From an archaeon (GTDB taxonomy: Archaea > Nanobdellota > Nanobdellia > Pacearchaeales > GW2011-AR1): DNA of 56,392 bases. The notes beneath the pieces are model-generated. The model saw only the letters and a program-made list of their open reading frames with translations. It had not been told where the DNA came from and did no database searches. How positions within the stretch are numbered: the first letter of the stretch is position 1; every line of letters starts with the position of its first letter. The translations under genes and the position numbers were made by a program. The stretch is from positions 1 to 56,392 of the forward strand of contig JAACWA010000015.1 in the NCBI GenBank assembly GCA_009992175.1. Direction: 5' to 3'. This document shows, piece after piece, positions 18,270 through 27,657 of this stretch.

Positions 18270-19163
18270 TTATTTTTTCTTAGAACTAACAATTTTTTCA
18301 ACTATTTGTATCATTTCTTTTAAAAATTCTTCAGCTTTATTTTGCCAGTCCTCAATTTCTGCACCATTTATGTCAGCAATTTCTTTGTGATCAATTTTTT
18401 TATGCAAGTAATACATATTTTTGTACCAATCAACATATTTCATTTTTAAAATTCCCCGATCAACAAAGGCCTCTTTTAAGTCTACCATTACATGTTCTGG
18501 AGAAGGAGGAAAATATCCTGCTGCAATTAGTGCTCCATGTGCAGAATCTACCATTGACCAATAAACTCCATCTATTGCTGCAAGTTCTGCTGCCCTACTT
18601 CTTGCCAAGTGACCTGGAGCTCTTTGAAGACATTGGTAAATTGCTTCAGGAGTTCCCTTAATTTTTCCTTGAAGCAAAAGAAATTTCAAAGGTTCAATAA
18701 AACCAGCATAATCTAAGACTGGAAAACCACTTCTAATAATGTTTAAAACAACCGGGTCTCCATTCATCAAGTCTTCCCACCAAGTACTCAATTTTATTGT
18801 GTTAATATGAAGTTTAGCTGAATAAGGATTATGTTGTAAAATTTTATCAAGTTCTTCCCTGTACCAAGCAATTAATTCTTGGTCCCACTTTAATGAAACG
18901 TCATCAATAATAATAATTAAATCAATGTCTGAACCTGAAGTTGTTTTTTCTTTTTGAACTGAGCCAAATAAAACTACTGATTTTATTACTTTATCAAACT
19001 TTCCATAAGCTTTAACTGCAAAATCCATTGCAATTTCATGATCTGTTTTTAAATTTAGAGTTGGAGCATTCTTGAAACTTTTTTCCTTTTTTGAAGAAAC
19101 TTTCTTAGAAACCTTACTAGAAGAAACTTTCTTAGAAGTTTTTTTCGTTTTCTTTTTCACCAT
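18270..19163 (-). CDS. nucleotidyltransferase-domain protein (paralogue of 12488..14254)
   Basis: 297 aa with a K/S-rich N-terminal tail. NTase motif VLFGSVQKEKTTSGSDIDLIIIIDD. C-terminal GYFPPSPEHV...KYVDWYK matches GYPPPTSKEL...KYVDFLEK in the paralogue. Confidence 0.7.
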   Translation of the reverse strand: MVKKKTKKTSKKVSSSKVSKKVSSKKEKSFKNAPTLNLKTDHEIAMDFAVKAYGKFDKVIKSVVLFGSVQKEKTTSGSDIDLIIIIDDVSLKWDQELIAWYREELDKILQHNPYSAKLHINTIKLSTWWEDLMNGDPVVLNIIRSGFPVLDYAGFIEPLKFLLLQGKIKGTPEAIYQCLQRAPGHLARSRAAELAAIDGVYWSMVDSAHGALIAAGYFPPSPEHVMVDLKEAFVDRGILKMKYVDWYKNMYYLHKKIDHKEIADINGAEIEDWQNKAEEFLKEMIQIVEKIVSSKKK

Positions 19164-19216
19164 CTTTATACTCCAATATATATTTTAAGGTATTTAAATA
19201 TTAGGTAAATATTAAA

Positions 19217-21052
19217 TTAAAATCCTCCACCACCCATTCGTCCTCCCCCTTGTTGTCCTTGCTGTCCTCCAAGACTTGGTGGAAGTTGTGAAAATCCTGC
19301 TCCAAAAAGTTGATAATTTGTTGAAGGAAGCATTTGTCCATATCCCTCTAAATAACTTTGTTGGAATCCTGCTGCTTGAGACCAATAAGGTCCAGAACCT
19401 GTTGAATAGACTGGGGAACCATATGCTTCTAAAATTTGAGGAAAAGGTGAAGACTTAAAGTGTTCAAACCATCCTCCAACTTCGTTTATTTTTATTGCCT
19501 TTGCACCTTCTTCACCTAAAGCTTCTAAAAGGGCTTGAAAGGGAACGTTTCCCATTCCTGGAGGAAGGTGAGTATCATTAAACCCAAAGTTATCAGTTAA
19601 GTGAACCTTATTTACAAACTTCCCTACTTTTTCTGCTTCTTTTACTAATTCCTTATCAGTGTAACCAAATTTTTTAGACATGTTCAAATGTCCAACATCA
19701 AAAGTTACTCCAATTAATTTTGCAGCTACTCTATCTGCTTCACTTTTTGAAATTCTCTCTTTTTCAACTAATTTACTCGCAAACTTTTCCCTGGAATTAA
19801 CAACTAAATTTTTTAAGTCCTCCCCTTGAGAAAAACCCATCTCTTGATACAAATTTTCAATTGAAAGTGCTGGAGCTTTTTCTCCCTTCTTTTTATAAGC
19901 ATAATACGCAGCATTTGAAAAAGTCTCAGATGCTTTGCTTACTGAAAAATCTTCTATTGGAACAAACTGCTCTGGAGTTTTTATATCCCTTAAACTTTCA
20001 ACTAAAGCCCCTATCGCATGCGATTGAACCGAAGGAAGCATGGAAAGTTGGGAAACTTTTTTTCCTTTTTCAATTCCTAAACTATTTGAATAATTTTCTG
20101 CAATTTTTTTTAGAGCTTCAATTTGTTTTTCATCTTTTGTTTCTTCTGCAATTTTATATGCATGATTAAATTCTGCTTGAGCTTGTCTTGAAGCTTCTTG
20201 TAAGTATTCTCCAGCAAAGTACATTTTCTGCCTTGCTATTGCAACTTTTTCATCTCTAGGATTAAGTTTTTTTTCGGCAATTCCAGCTTGGACCCTTATA
20301 TCTACATCTTTTAAGATTCTTTCAGCATTTTCTCTTTGGAATTCAATTTTACTCATCGCGTCATCCCATTTTGTTAAATTATGGTTTTCTAGTTGTTTTT
20401 CGGGAGAATAATTTTTTTTAAAACTGTAATCTAAAACTTCCCCCGTCTCTTTATTTACTTTAGGTTTAGCATAAAATTTCATATCTTCTTTTATTGGAAT
20501 AATCTGTCCAGAAGTTCTGTCAACAGCAACAATCATTTCTCTAACTTTTTTTCTATCCTTTCCTTCACCATCATACCTCCAATTTGATCCGGCCGCATTT
20601 GAACCATGAATTGTGATAGGTATATTCCCTTTTTGATCTAATTCAATTGCTTTATCAATTACATCTCTTAATTGCCTTTCAACTTGAATTCTATTTGATT
20701 CTTCATAACCTTGTTGACCAATTCCTGAAGGGTCTGTTCCAACAATTGGGGCGTGAAGTGTTAATTCTGCTCCCGCAAGTTTTGCCTTTCTTCTCATTTC
20801 TGCAAAATGTTGTTTTGGAATTGTTTCGAAATGACTTGGTTGGATAGTTCCAACTTCCATGACCCTCATTCCTTGGTTTAGTGCAGTACTTAAAGATGCA
20901 ATTTGATTTGCTGTTCTTGGATCGGTTGTTAAACCCAATTGATTAGTAGGAATCATTCCTTCTTTTCCTAAAAAGGGACTGTCCCCATTAGGTTTGAAAG
21001 AAGCATACCCTGGTTCGTAAATATTTTCAATTGAATAATTAGTTTTTACCAT
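19217..21052 (-). CDS. xylose-isomerase-like TIM-barrel protein with large insertion and Gly/Gln-rich tail
   Basis: 611 aa. LTLHAP near the N-terminus and FDVGHLN...VHLTDNFGFNDTHLPPGMGNVPFQALLEAL near the C-terminus are typical of the sugar-phosphate isomerase/AP-endonuclease-2 TIM barrel. About 250 aa intervene. The tail is GGQQGQQGGGRMGGGGF. gaggtga SD-like sequence 5 nt upstream. Confidence 0.65.
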   Translation of the reverse strand: MVKTNYSIENIYEPGYASFKPNGDSPFLGKEGMIPTNQLGLTTDPRTANQIASLSTALNQGMRVMEVGTIQPSHFETIPKQHFAEMRRKAKLAGAELTLHAPIVGTDPSGIGQQGYEESNRIQVERQLRDVIDKAIELDQKGNIPITIHGSNAAGSNWRYDGEGKDRKKVREMIVAVDRTSGQIIPIKEDMKFYAKPKVNKETGEVLDYSFKKNYSPEKQLENHNLTKWDDAMSKIEFQRENAERILKDVDIRVQAGIAEKKLNPRDEKVAIARQKMYFAGEYLQEASRQAQAEFNHAYKIAEETKDEKQIEALKKIAENYSNSLGIEKGKKVSQLSMLPSVQSHAIGALVESLRDIKTPEQFVPIEDFSVSKASETFSNAAYYAYKKKGEKAPALSIENLYQEMGFSQGEDLKNLVVNSREKFASKLVEKERISKSEADRVAAKLIGVTFDVGHLNMSKKFGYTDKELVKEAEKVGKFVNKVHLTDNFGFNDTHLPPGMGNVPFQALLEALGEEGAKAIKINEVGGWFEHFKSSPFPQILEAYGSPVYSTGSGPYWSQAAGFQQSYLEGYGQMLPSTNYQLFGAGFSQLPPSLGGQQGQQGGGRMGGGGF

Positions 21053-21092
21053 TTTTCACCTCGTTGTTTTTAAGAAAATGATGTTTATTAAA

Positions 21093-21623
21093 TTATTGAA
21101 TTCTTCTTTTACTTAAATAATCTTTTTTCATTGTGTCTTCTGGTCTAACAAACTTTGTTTGCGACTCTTCCCCAAACTTTAGGTTATCACTAACACTTTC
21201 GATACGTTTGTAAAGGAATTTCTGTTCTTCCAAAATTCTTTGGCTCGAAGACATTTCAGGCTTAGAAAAAGGGGTGTCAGGGGAAACACTTTGATACTTC
21301 ATTTTATTTTCTTCTTCATTTCTTGTGAGGTAATCAATTTTATTTTCTTCTTCTACTTCTTCAGTTTTTCTCGTAGGGAAGTTTTCCCCTAAATCATCTG
21401 TTGGAATTTCAAGCATTCTCTCCAAAGAAACATCTTTTCTTTGATTTGCTAAAAAGTGACCAATTCTATTTTTAAAAGGGGTTTCATCTTCAAGAATTTC
21501 TTCTATTTCTTCAATATCCTCTTCTGAAGAATCTTCATCACTATAAGGTTCATGATCCTCAAACCAATCTATTGAAACTTCGTCCTTTTCTTTTTTTTTC
21601 TTATCCAGTTTTTCTTTGGACAT
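21093..21623 (-). CDS. acidic hypothetical protein
   Basis: 176 aa with a strongly acidic N-terminal half (DEDSSEEDIEEIEEILEDE). No motif recognised. Confidence 0.5.
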   Translation of the reverse strand: MSKEKLDKKKKEKDEVSIDWFEDHEPYSDEDSSEEDIEEIEEILEDETPFKNRIGHFLANQRKDVSLERMLEIPTDDLGENFPTRKTEEVEEENKIDYLTRNEEENKMKYQSVSPDTPFSKPEMSSSQRILEEQKFLYKRIESVSDNLKFGEESQTKFVRPEDTMKKDYLSKRRIQ

Positions 21624-21657
21624 CTAAAATTTAAGAAAGAGTTATATTTAATTTTAA

Positions 21658-23097
21658 CTAAGGAGCTGTAACCATTCCATGGGCTTTTTTGTAAGTTTCA
21701 AAGAGGGTTTTTGTCATTTTTGCTGCATTTTCTTCTATTGTAGGAAAAAAGTATTCCTCTTCGTACCAAGCAGAATTTCTTGAATAAACTCCTTTAATTT
21801 TTTTCTTTTTTTCAGACTTTTCCTTTTTTTCTCTAGGTTTATTATAAACTCCAAAAAGAGCAAGGAAAGGGTTTGAACCAATTTTCTTTTTTGGTTTTTC
21901 TTCTTCCTCTTTTTCTTCATCTAAAAAAGATTCAATATCTTCTTTTAAGGTTCCCAAACTTTCAGTTGTTACTCCTTCAATTAAACCTAAAGCATCATTA
22001 AGGTCAGACTTTTCTAACTCTTCGTTGATTTCTTTTATTTCTGTTTCAGTTAATGCATATCCTCTAAAAACAACTTCCGCTCTTCCTCCAACAACATATC
22101 CTTGTTGACTTCTTGAAGGAATTCCCCTAAAATTAAAATCAACTAAAACACATGCATAATATTTTTCACCAAGAGAATTTTGAAATTTATCACTTGCAAA
22201 AAATTCAGGAAAATTTCCGGATTTTGCTTCTTCTTTTATTTTTAATTCTTGTTTTCCAAAAAGAGTCAATTCTAAGAGAAGAGTGTTAAACATTTTTACT
22301 AATGCTGGATTTCTTGAATTTCCCGCCATTTCCAACTCTTGAGCAGCTTTTAAGTAAGGCTTCGCCCACCTTGAATAAATTTTAAGAGAATTTACTTGAC
22401 TTTTTAAATAAGTTTTTTCAATATCAAACCTTTTTTGTAATTCTCCTTTTGACTCCTTAACCCAAATATTAAATTCACGAATTCTTCCGGTGACAATTCT
22501 TTTAACAATTTGATTTAAATCAATTTCTTTTCCATCTGGACCTTTCAAAGATTCGTCTTCAACAACTAAAAAAGCATCAATTAAAGTATTAAATCCTCCT
22601 TGTCCAAGAGCCATTGCTTTAATTGAGGAATTTCCTTTTTGAATGTCCACCTTATCCATCCAAATTTGTTTCAAACTCAAAAGAGCTGCTGCTTTTTTTG
22701 CAGGATTTTTAAGGTCCTCATATGAACTCAAACGAATTTTAAATTCACGAAGGTCATAAATAATGTTTAAAATACTTCTTAAAACAGTATTAATATCTCC
22801 CAAAAGTTTTGTTCCTTGCTGTTGAACTATTGAAGTTCTTTGACTCATATCTCCAAAATGCTGAGAACCCGGGCTAGACATAAAGTTATCAATTAATTTT
22901 TCTGGTTTTAGTCCAACATCATTCATCAAATCTAGAATAAAAAAGTATATTGGTTCAAGAGTTTCAGTCGGTGAATCATAAACAAGTTTATGTTCTGCCT
23001 CAGGATCTTTTTCAGTTACCTCTTTAATTATCTCAACAATACTCTTCACCATACAATTAGTGTGGGATTGTAGATTTAAAAAATATTCTAAATCCAA
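21658..23097 (-). CDS. hypothetical protein (479 aa) with K/E-rich C-proximal linker
   Basis: Long ORF with non-repetitive, protein-like composition. No family motif recognised. First gene of a three-gene minus-strand unit. Confidence 0.6.
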   Translation of the reverse strand: MDLEYFLNLQSHTNCMVKSIVEIIKEVTEKDPEAEHKLVYDSPTETLEPIYFFILDLMNDVGLKPEKLIDNFMSSPGSQHFGDMSQRTSIVQQQGTKLLGDINTVLRSILNIIYDLREFKIRLSSYEDLKNPAKKAAALLSLKQIWMDKVDIQKGNSSIKAMALGQGGFNTLIDAFLVVEDESLKGPDGKEIDLNQIVKRIVTGRIREFNIWVKESKGELQKRFDIEKTYLKSQVNSLKIYSRWAKPYLKAAQELEMAGNSRNPALVKMFNTLLLELTLFGKQELKIKEEAKSGNFPEFFASDKFQNSLGEKYYACVLVDFNFRGIPSRSQQGYVVGGRAEVVFRGYALTETEIKEINEELEKSDLNDALGLIEGVTTESLGTLKEDIESFLDEEKEEEEKPKKKIGSNPFLALFGVYNKPREKKEKSEKKKKIKGVYSRNSAWYEEEYFFPTIEENAAKMTKTLFETYKKAHGMVTAP

Positions 23098-23132
23098 GAT
23101 AAATTTAAATAATTGAAAGGGTTAAGTTTTTT

Positions 23133-23474
23133 ATGGCAATGTGGAAAAAAAAGGAAAAATATGTTGACTTGTCTGAAAGGTTAAGAAAGCAACAAGAGAG
23201 GGTTGATGACTTCAAATCTATCCCTAATGAAGAAAATACCTCTAAACCTTCTAATCAAGAAAGTTCTGGAGGGTTTTTTAGTTTTTTTGGAGGAAGTGGG
23301 TCCCCAACTTCTGGTTCTTCTGAAAGTTCAATTGAAAGTCCAGAAGAAAGAAAAAGAAAGTTATCTAAAAAACTCTCAGACATGACTGCAAAAATGGAAG
23401 ACCTTGAAAACCAGATCTACCATTTAAAACAAAAAGTTGAAGTGTTAGAAAGAAAACAAAGAGTGGGATATTGA
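23133..23474 (+). CDS. small coiled-coil protein with Ser/Gly-rich centre
   Basis: 113 aa, divergent from 21658..23097. C-terminal heptad-like KMEDLENQIYHLKQKVEVLERKQ. Confidence 0.5.
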   Translation: MAMWKKKEKYVDLSERLRKQQERVDDFKSIPNEENTSKPSNQESSGGFFSFFGGSGSPTSGSSESSIESPEERKRKLSKKLSDMTAKMEDLENQIYHLKQKVEVLERKQRVGY

Positions 23475-23518
23475 ATATATTTAATTAAATTAATAAACTT
23501 CTTAAGTTTAAACTGATT

Positions 23519-24730
23519 ATGATAAAAGAAATTGATAAAAAAATTTATGGATATGCCTTAAAGAATGCAATTCACTACGGAGGAAAATCTAATTCTGGAG
23601 CTGTTCTCTCAGCATTATTTAATGAAGGACTTGAAAAGTCTAAAGTAAAAGAAGTCATGCCTAAAATTCAAAAAGTAATAAATGAAATTTCTAAATTAAA
23701 CTTGGATGAACAAAAAAAAGAATTTGAAAAATATTCTGAAATAATTTCTGAGCGAGAAGTGCGTGTTGGTTTACCTGAACTTCCAAATGCAGAAAAAGGA
23801 GTTATTATGAGAATTGCTCCCTCTGCTTCTGGTCCCCTTCATGTGATGCATGGAATTAACCTTTCCCTTAGTTTTGATTATGTAAAAAAATATGGTGGTA
23901 AAATGATTGTTAGAATTGAAGATACTAACCCTGAAAATATTGACAAAAATTCTTACAAATTAATTAAAGAAGATACAAATTTTTTAACAAATAATGAAGC
24001 AGAAATTTTTATCCAGTCTGACAGAATGGATTTATATTACAGCTATTCCGCTTCTTTAATTGAAAAAGGTAAAGCTTATGTTTGTACTTGCTCAGGGGAT
24101 GAATTTAGAGAATTTTCAAAAAACCAAAAAGATTGTCCTTGTAGGAAAAAAAATGTTAAAGAAAATGTACTGGATTGGGAAAAAATGTTAAATAAAAAAG
24201 GGTTTAAGGAAGGAGAAGCAGTTTTAAGGTTTAAGTCCACAATGTCACACAAAAATCCTGCAATGAGAGACTTTCCTCTTGCAAGAATAAATGAAACCCC
24301 TCACCCAAGACAAAAAAAGAAATATAAGGTTTGGCCACTAATGAACCTCAGTGTTGCAACCGATGACATGGATATGAAAATGACTCACATCATAAGGGGA
24401 AAAGACCACCGAGATAATTCAGAAAGACAAAAATTAATTTTCGAAACTTTTAAAGTAAACTTTCCCTGGACGGCTTTTTTAGGAAGAACTCACTTTAAAG
24501 AAATGGAACTTTCAACTTCTAAATTTAGAAAAGAAATTGAAGAAGGAAAATATTCTGGATGGGGTGACCCTAAACTTCCCACAATTCAATCATTAAAAAA
24601 AAGAGGTTACAAACCTCAAGCATTTTGGAAGATGGCTGAACACTTGGGACTCTCGGAAGTGGATAAAATTATTAGCTCAAAAGATTTTTTTGAAGTTTTG
24701 AATAATTTTAACAAAGAAAACAAATCTTGA
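23519..24730 (+). CDS. gltX: glutamyl-tRNA synthetase catalytic core (archaeal/eukaryal type), lacking C-terminal anticodon-binding domain
   Basis: 403 aa. N-terminal helical domain (IYGYALKNAIHYGGKSNSGAV), class I motifs SGPLHVMHG (HIGH-like), VRIEDTNPE, HIIRGKDHRDN and LSTSKF (KMSKS-like). The ORF stops about 150 aa short of typical archaeal GluRS. Confidence 0.8.
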   Translation: MIKEIDKKIYGYALKNAIHYGGKSNSGAVLSALFNEGLEKSKVKEVMPKIQKVINEISKLNLDEQKKEFEKYSEIISEREVRVGLPELPNAEKGVIMRIAPSASGPLHVMHGINLSLSFDYVKKYGGKMIVRIEDTNPENIDKNSYKLIKEDTNFLTNNEAEIFIQSDRMDLYYSYSASLIEKGKAYVCTCSGDEFREFSKNQKDCPCRKKNVKENVLDWEKMLNKKGFKEGEAVLRFKSTMSHKNPAMRDFPLARINETPHPRQKKKYKVWPLMNLSVATDDMDMKMTHIIRGKDHRDNSERQKLIFETFKVNFPWTAFLGRTHFKEMELSTSKFRKEIEEGKYSGWGDPKLPTIQSLKKRGYKPQAFWKMAEHLGLSEVDKIISSKDFFEVLNNFNKENKS

Positions 24731-24826
24731 GAAAATCACCGAAGAATAATAACCTTTTTATACTAGTTTTTTATTATTAGTATATAGCAGTTAATGCTAA
24801 ACAAAAATAACATAAAAGGAGGTGAA

Positions 24827-25273
24827 ATGATGATAAGAAAAAAAGGATTATCTACGGTTGTTACAACTCTAATTATTGTTCTGTTAGTTCTTGCAGCTAT
24901 TGGAATAATTTGGGGACCAATTCAAAACCTATTGAAAGGTGGAGAAAATGCAGTTGATAAGACAAAATGCCTTGATGTTGATATTAGTGCAAAAAAAGTA
25001 GTAAACACTACAACTACATCTTATTCAGTTACAATGAAAAGAAGTTCTTCTGGTGAAGGAGAATTTGGTGCTAAAATAATAATCTTTGACGTAAATGAAA
25101 CTACAAATGGTTTTGTTGACTCTGGAGAATTTTTTACTCCCCTAGCATATAAAACAGTTAATGTTACAGGAGTAGCAAATGGAGTTAGATTAGAAATTAA
25201 TCCATACTACATTGACTCAAACGGAAAAGAAGCATTATGTCAAGGAACAACTAAGTTTGGATTCAAACTTTAA
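24827..25273 (+). CDS. archaeal type IV pilin-like protein (class III signal peptide)
   Basis: MMIRKKGLSTVVTTLIIVLLVLAAIGIIW has a basic stretch, a G/LS cleavage-like site and a hydrophobic helix. ggaggtga SD-like motif directly upstream of this ATG. The track start at 24794 is less likely. Confidence 0.7.
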   Translation: MMIRKKGLSTVVTTLIIVLLVLAAIGIIWGPIQNLLKGGENAVDKTKCLDVDISAKKVVNTTTTSYSVTMKRSSSGEGEFGAKIIIFDVNETTNGFVDSGEFFTPLAYKTVNVTGVANGVRLEINPYYIDSNGKEALCQGTTKFGFKL

Positions 25274-25282
25274 ATTTATTTA

Positions 25283-25296
25283 TTTTTTATTTTTTT
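25283..25296 (+). terminator. oligo-T tract after pilin-like gene
   Basis: T6 and T7 runs within 25 nt of the stop codon. Archaeal termination commonly uses oligo-T tracts. The genome is AT-rich, so specificity is low. Confidence 0.3.
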
Positions 25297-25349
25297 ATAT
25301 TTTGTAAAAATTAGGGAAGGAGGCTTGAGGAAACAATGAAAGCTAAAAA

Positions 25350-26522
25350 CTAATTAGAATTTTTTATTACATAGACTTCGTCATTTTCCCTTACTCTTGG
25401 AAGTTTTATTCCAACTTCTTCACCCTTAACTGCCTTTACTACTGATTTTTTATCTATTTCAAGTCTTTCAACTTTTACTTTTTCTATCCCCGTTGTTCTT
25501 CCAATTATATTTATTTCATCCCCTAAGTTAATCTCCCCTGTTGACAAAAGAATAGTTCCTACACCTGACTTGGGATAGAAGTGAGTTATTTTTCCAACAA
25601 ATTTCTTTTTTGTTGTTGCGGCTGAATTCTCCACTTTTGAAAAGTCATCATTTGTTGGAACCCCTAAATAAAATCCTGAAGAAAAACCCCTATTGTAAAC
25701 TTTTTCAAGTTCTTTGAGTCCCCCTTTAATTTCTCCTTTTGTTAAATTTTTGTCAAGTGCCTTTCTATAAAGTTTAACTACCGTATCCACATAACGAGCA
25801 TCTCTATTTCTTCCTTCAATTTTAAAAGAGACTATTCCTGCTTTTTTTAATTTTTCTATAAAAGGTAAAGTGCATAAATCTTTTGCAGACATAACTGTAT
25901 TTCTATCTATTTTTAATTCTCTTCCCTCTTCATCTGTTAATTTATAACTTCTTCTACAAACTTGGGTACACATTCCCCGGTTAGCACTTCTTCCGAACAG
26001 TTCTTGAGACATAAAACATCTTCCTGAAACTGCAACACACATTGCTCCATGAATAAAACACTCTACTGGAACCACTTTTGAAATTTCTTTTATTTGATTT
26101 AAATTTAATTCCCTTGCAAGAACAACCCTTTCTGCACCTAAACTTTTGTAAAATTTTGCAGCCTCAACATTCGAAACTGAAGCTTGAGTTGAAACGTGGA
26201 AAGGAATTTTATATTTTTTACATAAGTTGATTACTGACAAATCCCAACATATTATTGCATCAACTTTTCCTTTAACCTTTTTTAAAATTTCTTCAACTTT
26301 TTTTATTTCTTCATTATAAATTATAACATTAAGAGTTAGATATTTTTTCACCTTTTTTTTACATATTTTGTTTATTTGGTCCAAGTCTTCAATTGAAAAA
26401 TTTTTAGCATTGTCTCTCATTGAAAATTCTTTTAGACCAAAATATACTGCATTTGCTCCAGCTTTAACTGCTGTTGTAAGAGTTGAAAAATCTCCTGCCG
26501 GAGCTAAAAGTTCATATTTCAT
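25350..26522 (-). CDS. U32-family peptidase-like protein (RlhA/TrhP-type)
   Basis: 390 aa. N-terminal ELLAPAGD, FIHGAMCVAVSGRCFMS and the C..CRR cysteine region are typical of the U32 family. Confidence 0.85.
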   Translation of the reverse strand: MKYELLAPAGDFSTLTTAVKAGANAVYFGLKEFSMRDNAKNFSIEDLDQINKICKKKVKKYLTLNVIIYNEEIKKVEEILKKVKGKVDAIICWDLSVINLCKKYKIPFHVSTQASVSNVEAAKFYKSLGAERVVLARELNLNQIKEISKVVPVECFIHGAMCVAVSGRCFMSQELFGRSANRGMCTQVCRRSYKLTDEEGRELKIDRNTVMSAKDLCTLPFIEKLKKAGIVSFKIEGRNRDARYVDTVVKLYRKALDKNLTKGEIKGGLKELEKVYNRGFSSGFYLGVPTNDDFSKVENSAATTKKKFVGKITHFYPKSGVGTILLSTGEINLGDEINIIGRTTGIEKVKVERLEIDKKSVVKAVKGEEVGIKLPRVRENDEVYVIKNSN

Positions 26523-26603
26523 TAAAAAGAAAGAGAAGTTGGGTTTTTAAGATTTCTTTTTATTAAATAAATCCTTTTATATTCCATTTTAATTTAAAAA
26601 AAT

Positions 26604-27164
26604 ATGAAAAACCTTGAAAATAAGCTAAAAGGGTTAGGAATTTTAGTGGTTGATATGCAAGAAACTTTTCTTGATGAAGAAGATACCCAATTCATAAATT
26701 CCCAAATAAAACTTTTATCCTTTGCTAAAGATAAAAAGATTCCTATCTTTTTTTTAGAGTATATTGATGAAGGAGAAATAATTAAAGAATTAACTGAGAC
26801 AATTAATGGATATGAAAAATATCAAAAAATTTTGAAATATAATGATAATGAATTTATTGTAAGAAAGGATGAATTTTTAGATTTTATTTGGTGGGAAACT
26901 GAAAAGTATATTCTGGGGGGAGATTCCCATCTTGATGTTGAATTAAAACAAAATAAAATAAATAAAATAATCATATTTGGAGTAAATAAAAACGGATGCG
27001 TTAAAGAAACTTCAAAGGAAGCAATTAAGAGGGGATCTAAACTTTTTACTTCAGATGACTTAATGAATGAAAAAGAAAATAAAAAAGCAACTAACTGGTA
27101 CAACCAAAATTGTGAAAAATATTTTAAAAGTTGTAAAAGCCTGATTTCTTATTTTACTAAATAA
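26604..27164 (+). CDS. isochorismatase-like cysteine hydrolase
   Basis: ILVVDMQETFL N-terminal motif and IIIFGVNKNGCVKETSKEAIKRG (catalytic Cys context). Confidence 0.6.
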   Translation: MKNLENKLKGLGILVVDMQETFLDEEDTQFINSQIKLLSFAKDKKIPIFFLEYIDEGEIIKELTETINGYEKYQKILKYNDNEFIVRKDEFLDFIWWETEKYILGGDSHLDVELKQNKINKIIIFGVNKNGCVKETSKEAIKRGSKLFTSDDLMNEKENKKATNWYNQNCEKYFKSCKSLISYFTK

Positions 27165-27165
27165 C

Positions 27166-27465
27166 TTATTTCTTTTTCGAACTCTTTTTTTTCCACTTTT
27201 CAAAATATAACTTATTATCTTTAAAACTCAATCTCGAAAAGACAAAGATGTATAATATTGGAAGAGCCGCAAATGTTCCAAAAATTGCAAAAACTATTGA
27301 AAGGTAACCCAATAATTGAACTACAAATATTAAAATAAACCAGATAAAATGATTTTTCTTCGCTGCCTTCCACATCGCAAAAAGTTCCCAAGCTAAGCTC
27401 CACAAAAGTAAAACCCACGGAACTACTGTTTGAAACCACGAACTAGTTATTATTCCCTCTAACAT
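27166..27465 (-). CDS. small membrane protein (DUF5652-like)
   Basis: 99 aa. WSLAWELFAMWKAAKKNHFIWFILIFVVQLLG resembles a small membrane family common in reduced genomes. This is recalled from memory and not verified. Confidence 0.5.
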   Translation of the reverse strand: MLEGIITSSWFQTVVPWVLLLWSLAWELFAMWKAAKKNHFIWFILIFVVQLLGYLSIVFAIFGTFAALPILYIFVFSRLSFKDNKLYFEKWKKKSSKKK

Positions 27466-27637
27466 AAAACTTTTAGTCTAAATGATTTTAAAAACATTAT
27501 GAATTACAAATCTTGAGAAAAAATTTTAAAAAAAATAAAAAAAAGAAGTTTCATTGAAAAATAGTCAATAAAGTTTAAAAAGGATTTATTCCAAAACATC
27601 TTGTTACATACAGATTGTAGTAATAGAGGAGATTATA

Positions 27638-27657
27638 AAGTACAATATATTGTACTT
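27638..27657. promoter_or_regulatory. perfect 20-bp palindrome, candidate NrdR box/operator
   Basis: aagtacaatatattgtactt lies between a TATA-like gagattataaag (27629..27640) and the nrdR ATG at 27669. The core acaatatattgt resembles the AT-rich palindromic NrdR-box consensus. Confidence 0.5.

Noticed and set aside
27597-27619. A second, tandem NrdR box upstream of the 20-bp palindrome.
   Set aside because: Only weak half-palindromes are present (aacatcttgtt, tacatacagattgta). Their centre-to-centre distance to the main palindrome (about 35 or 45 bp) does not fit the ~31-32 bp spacing I recall for bacterial tandem boxes. They are mentioned in the finding but not called as a feature.
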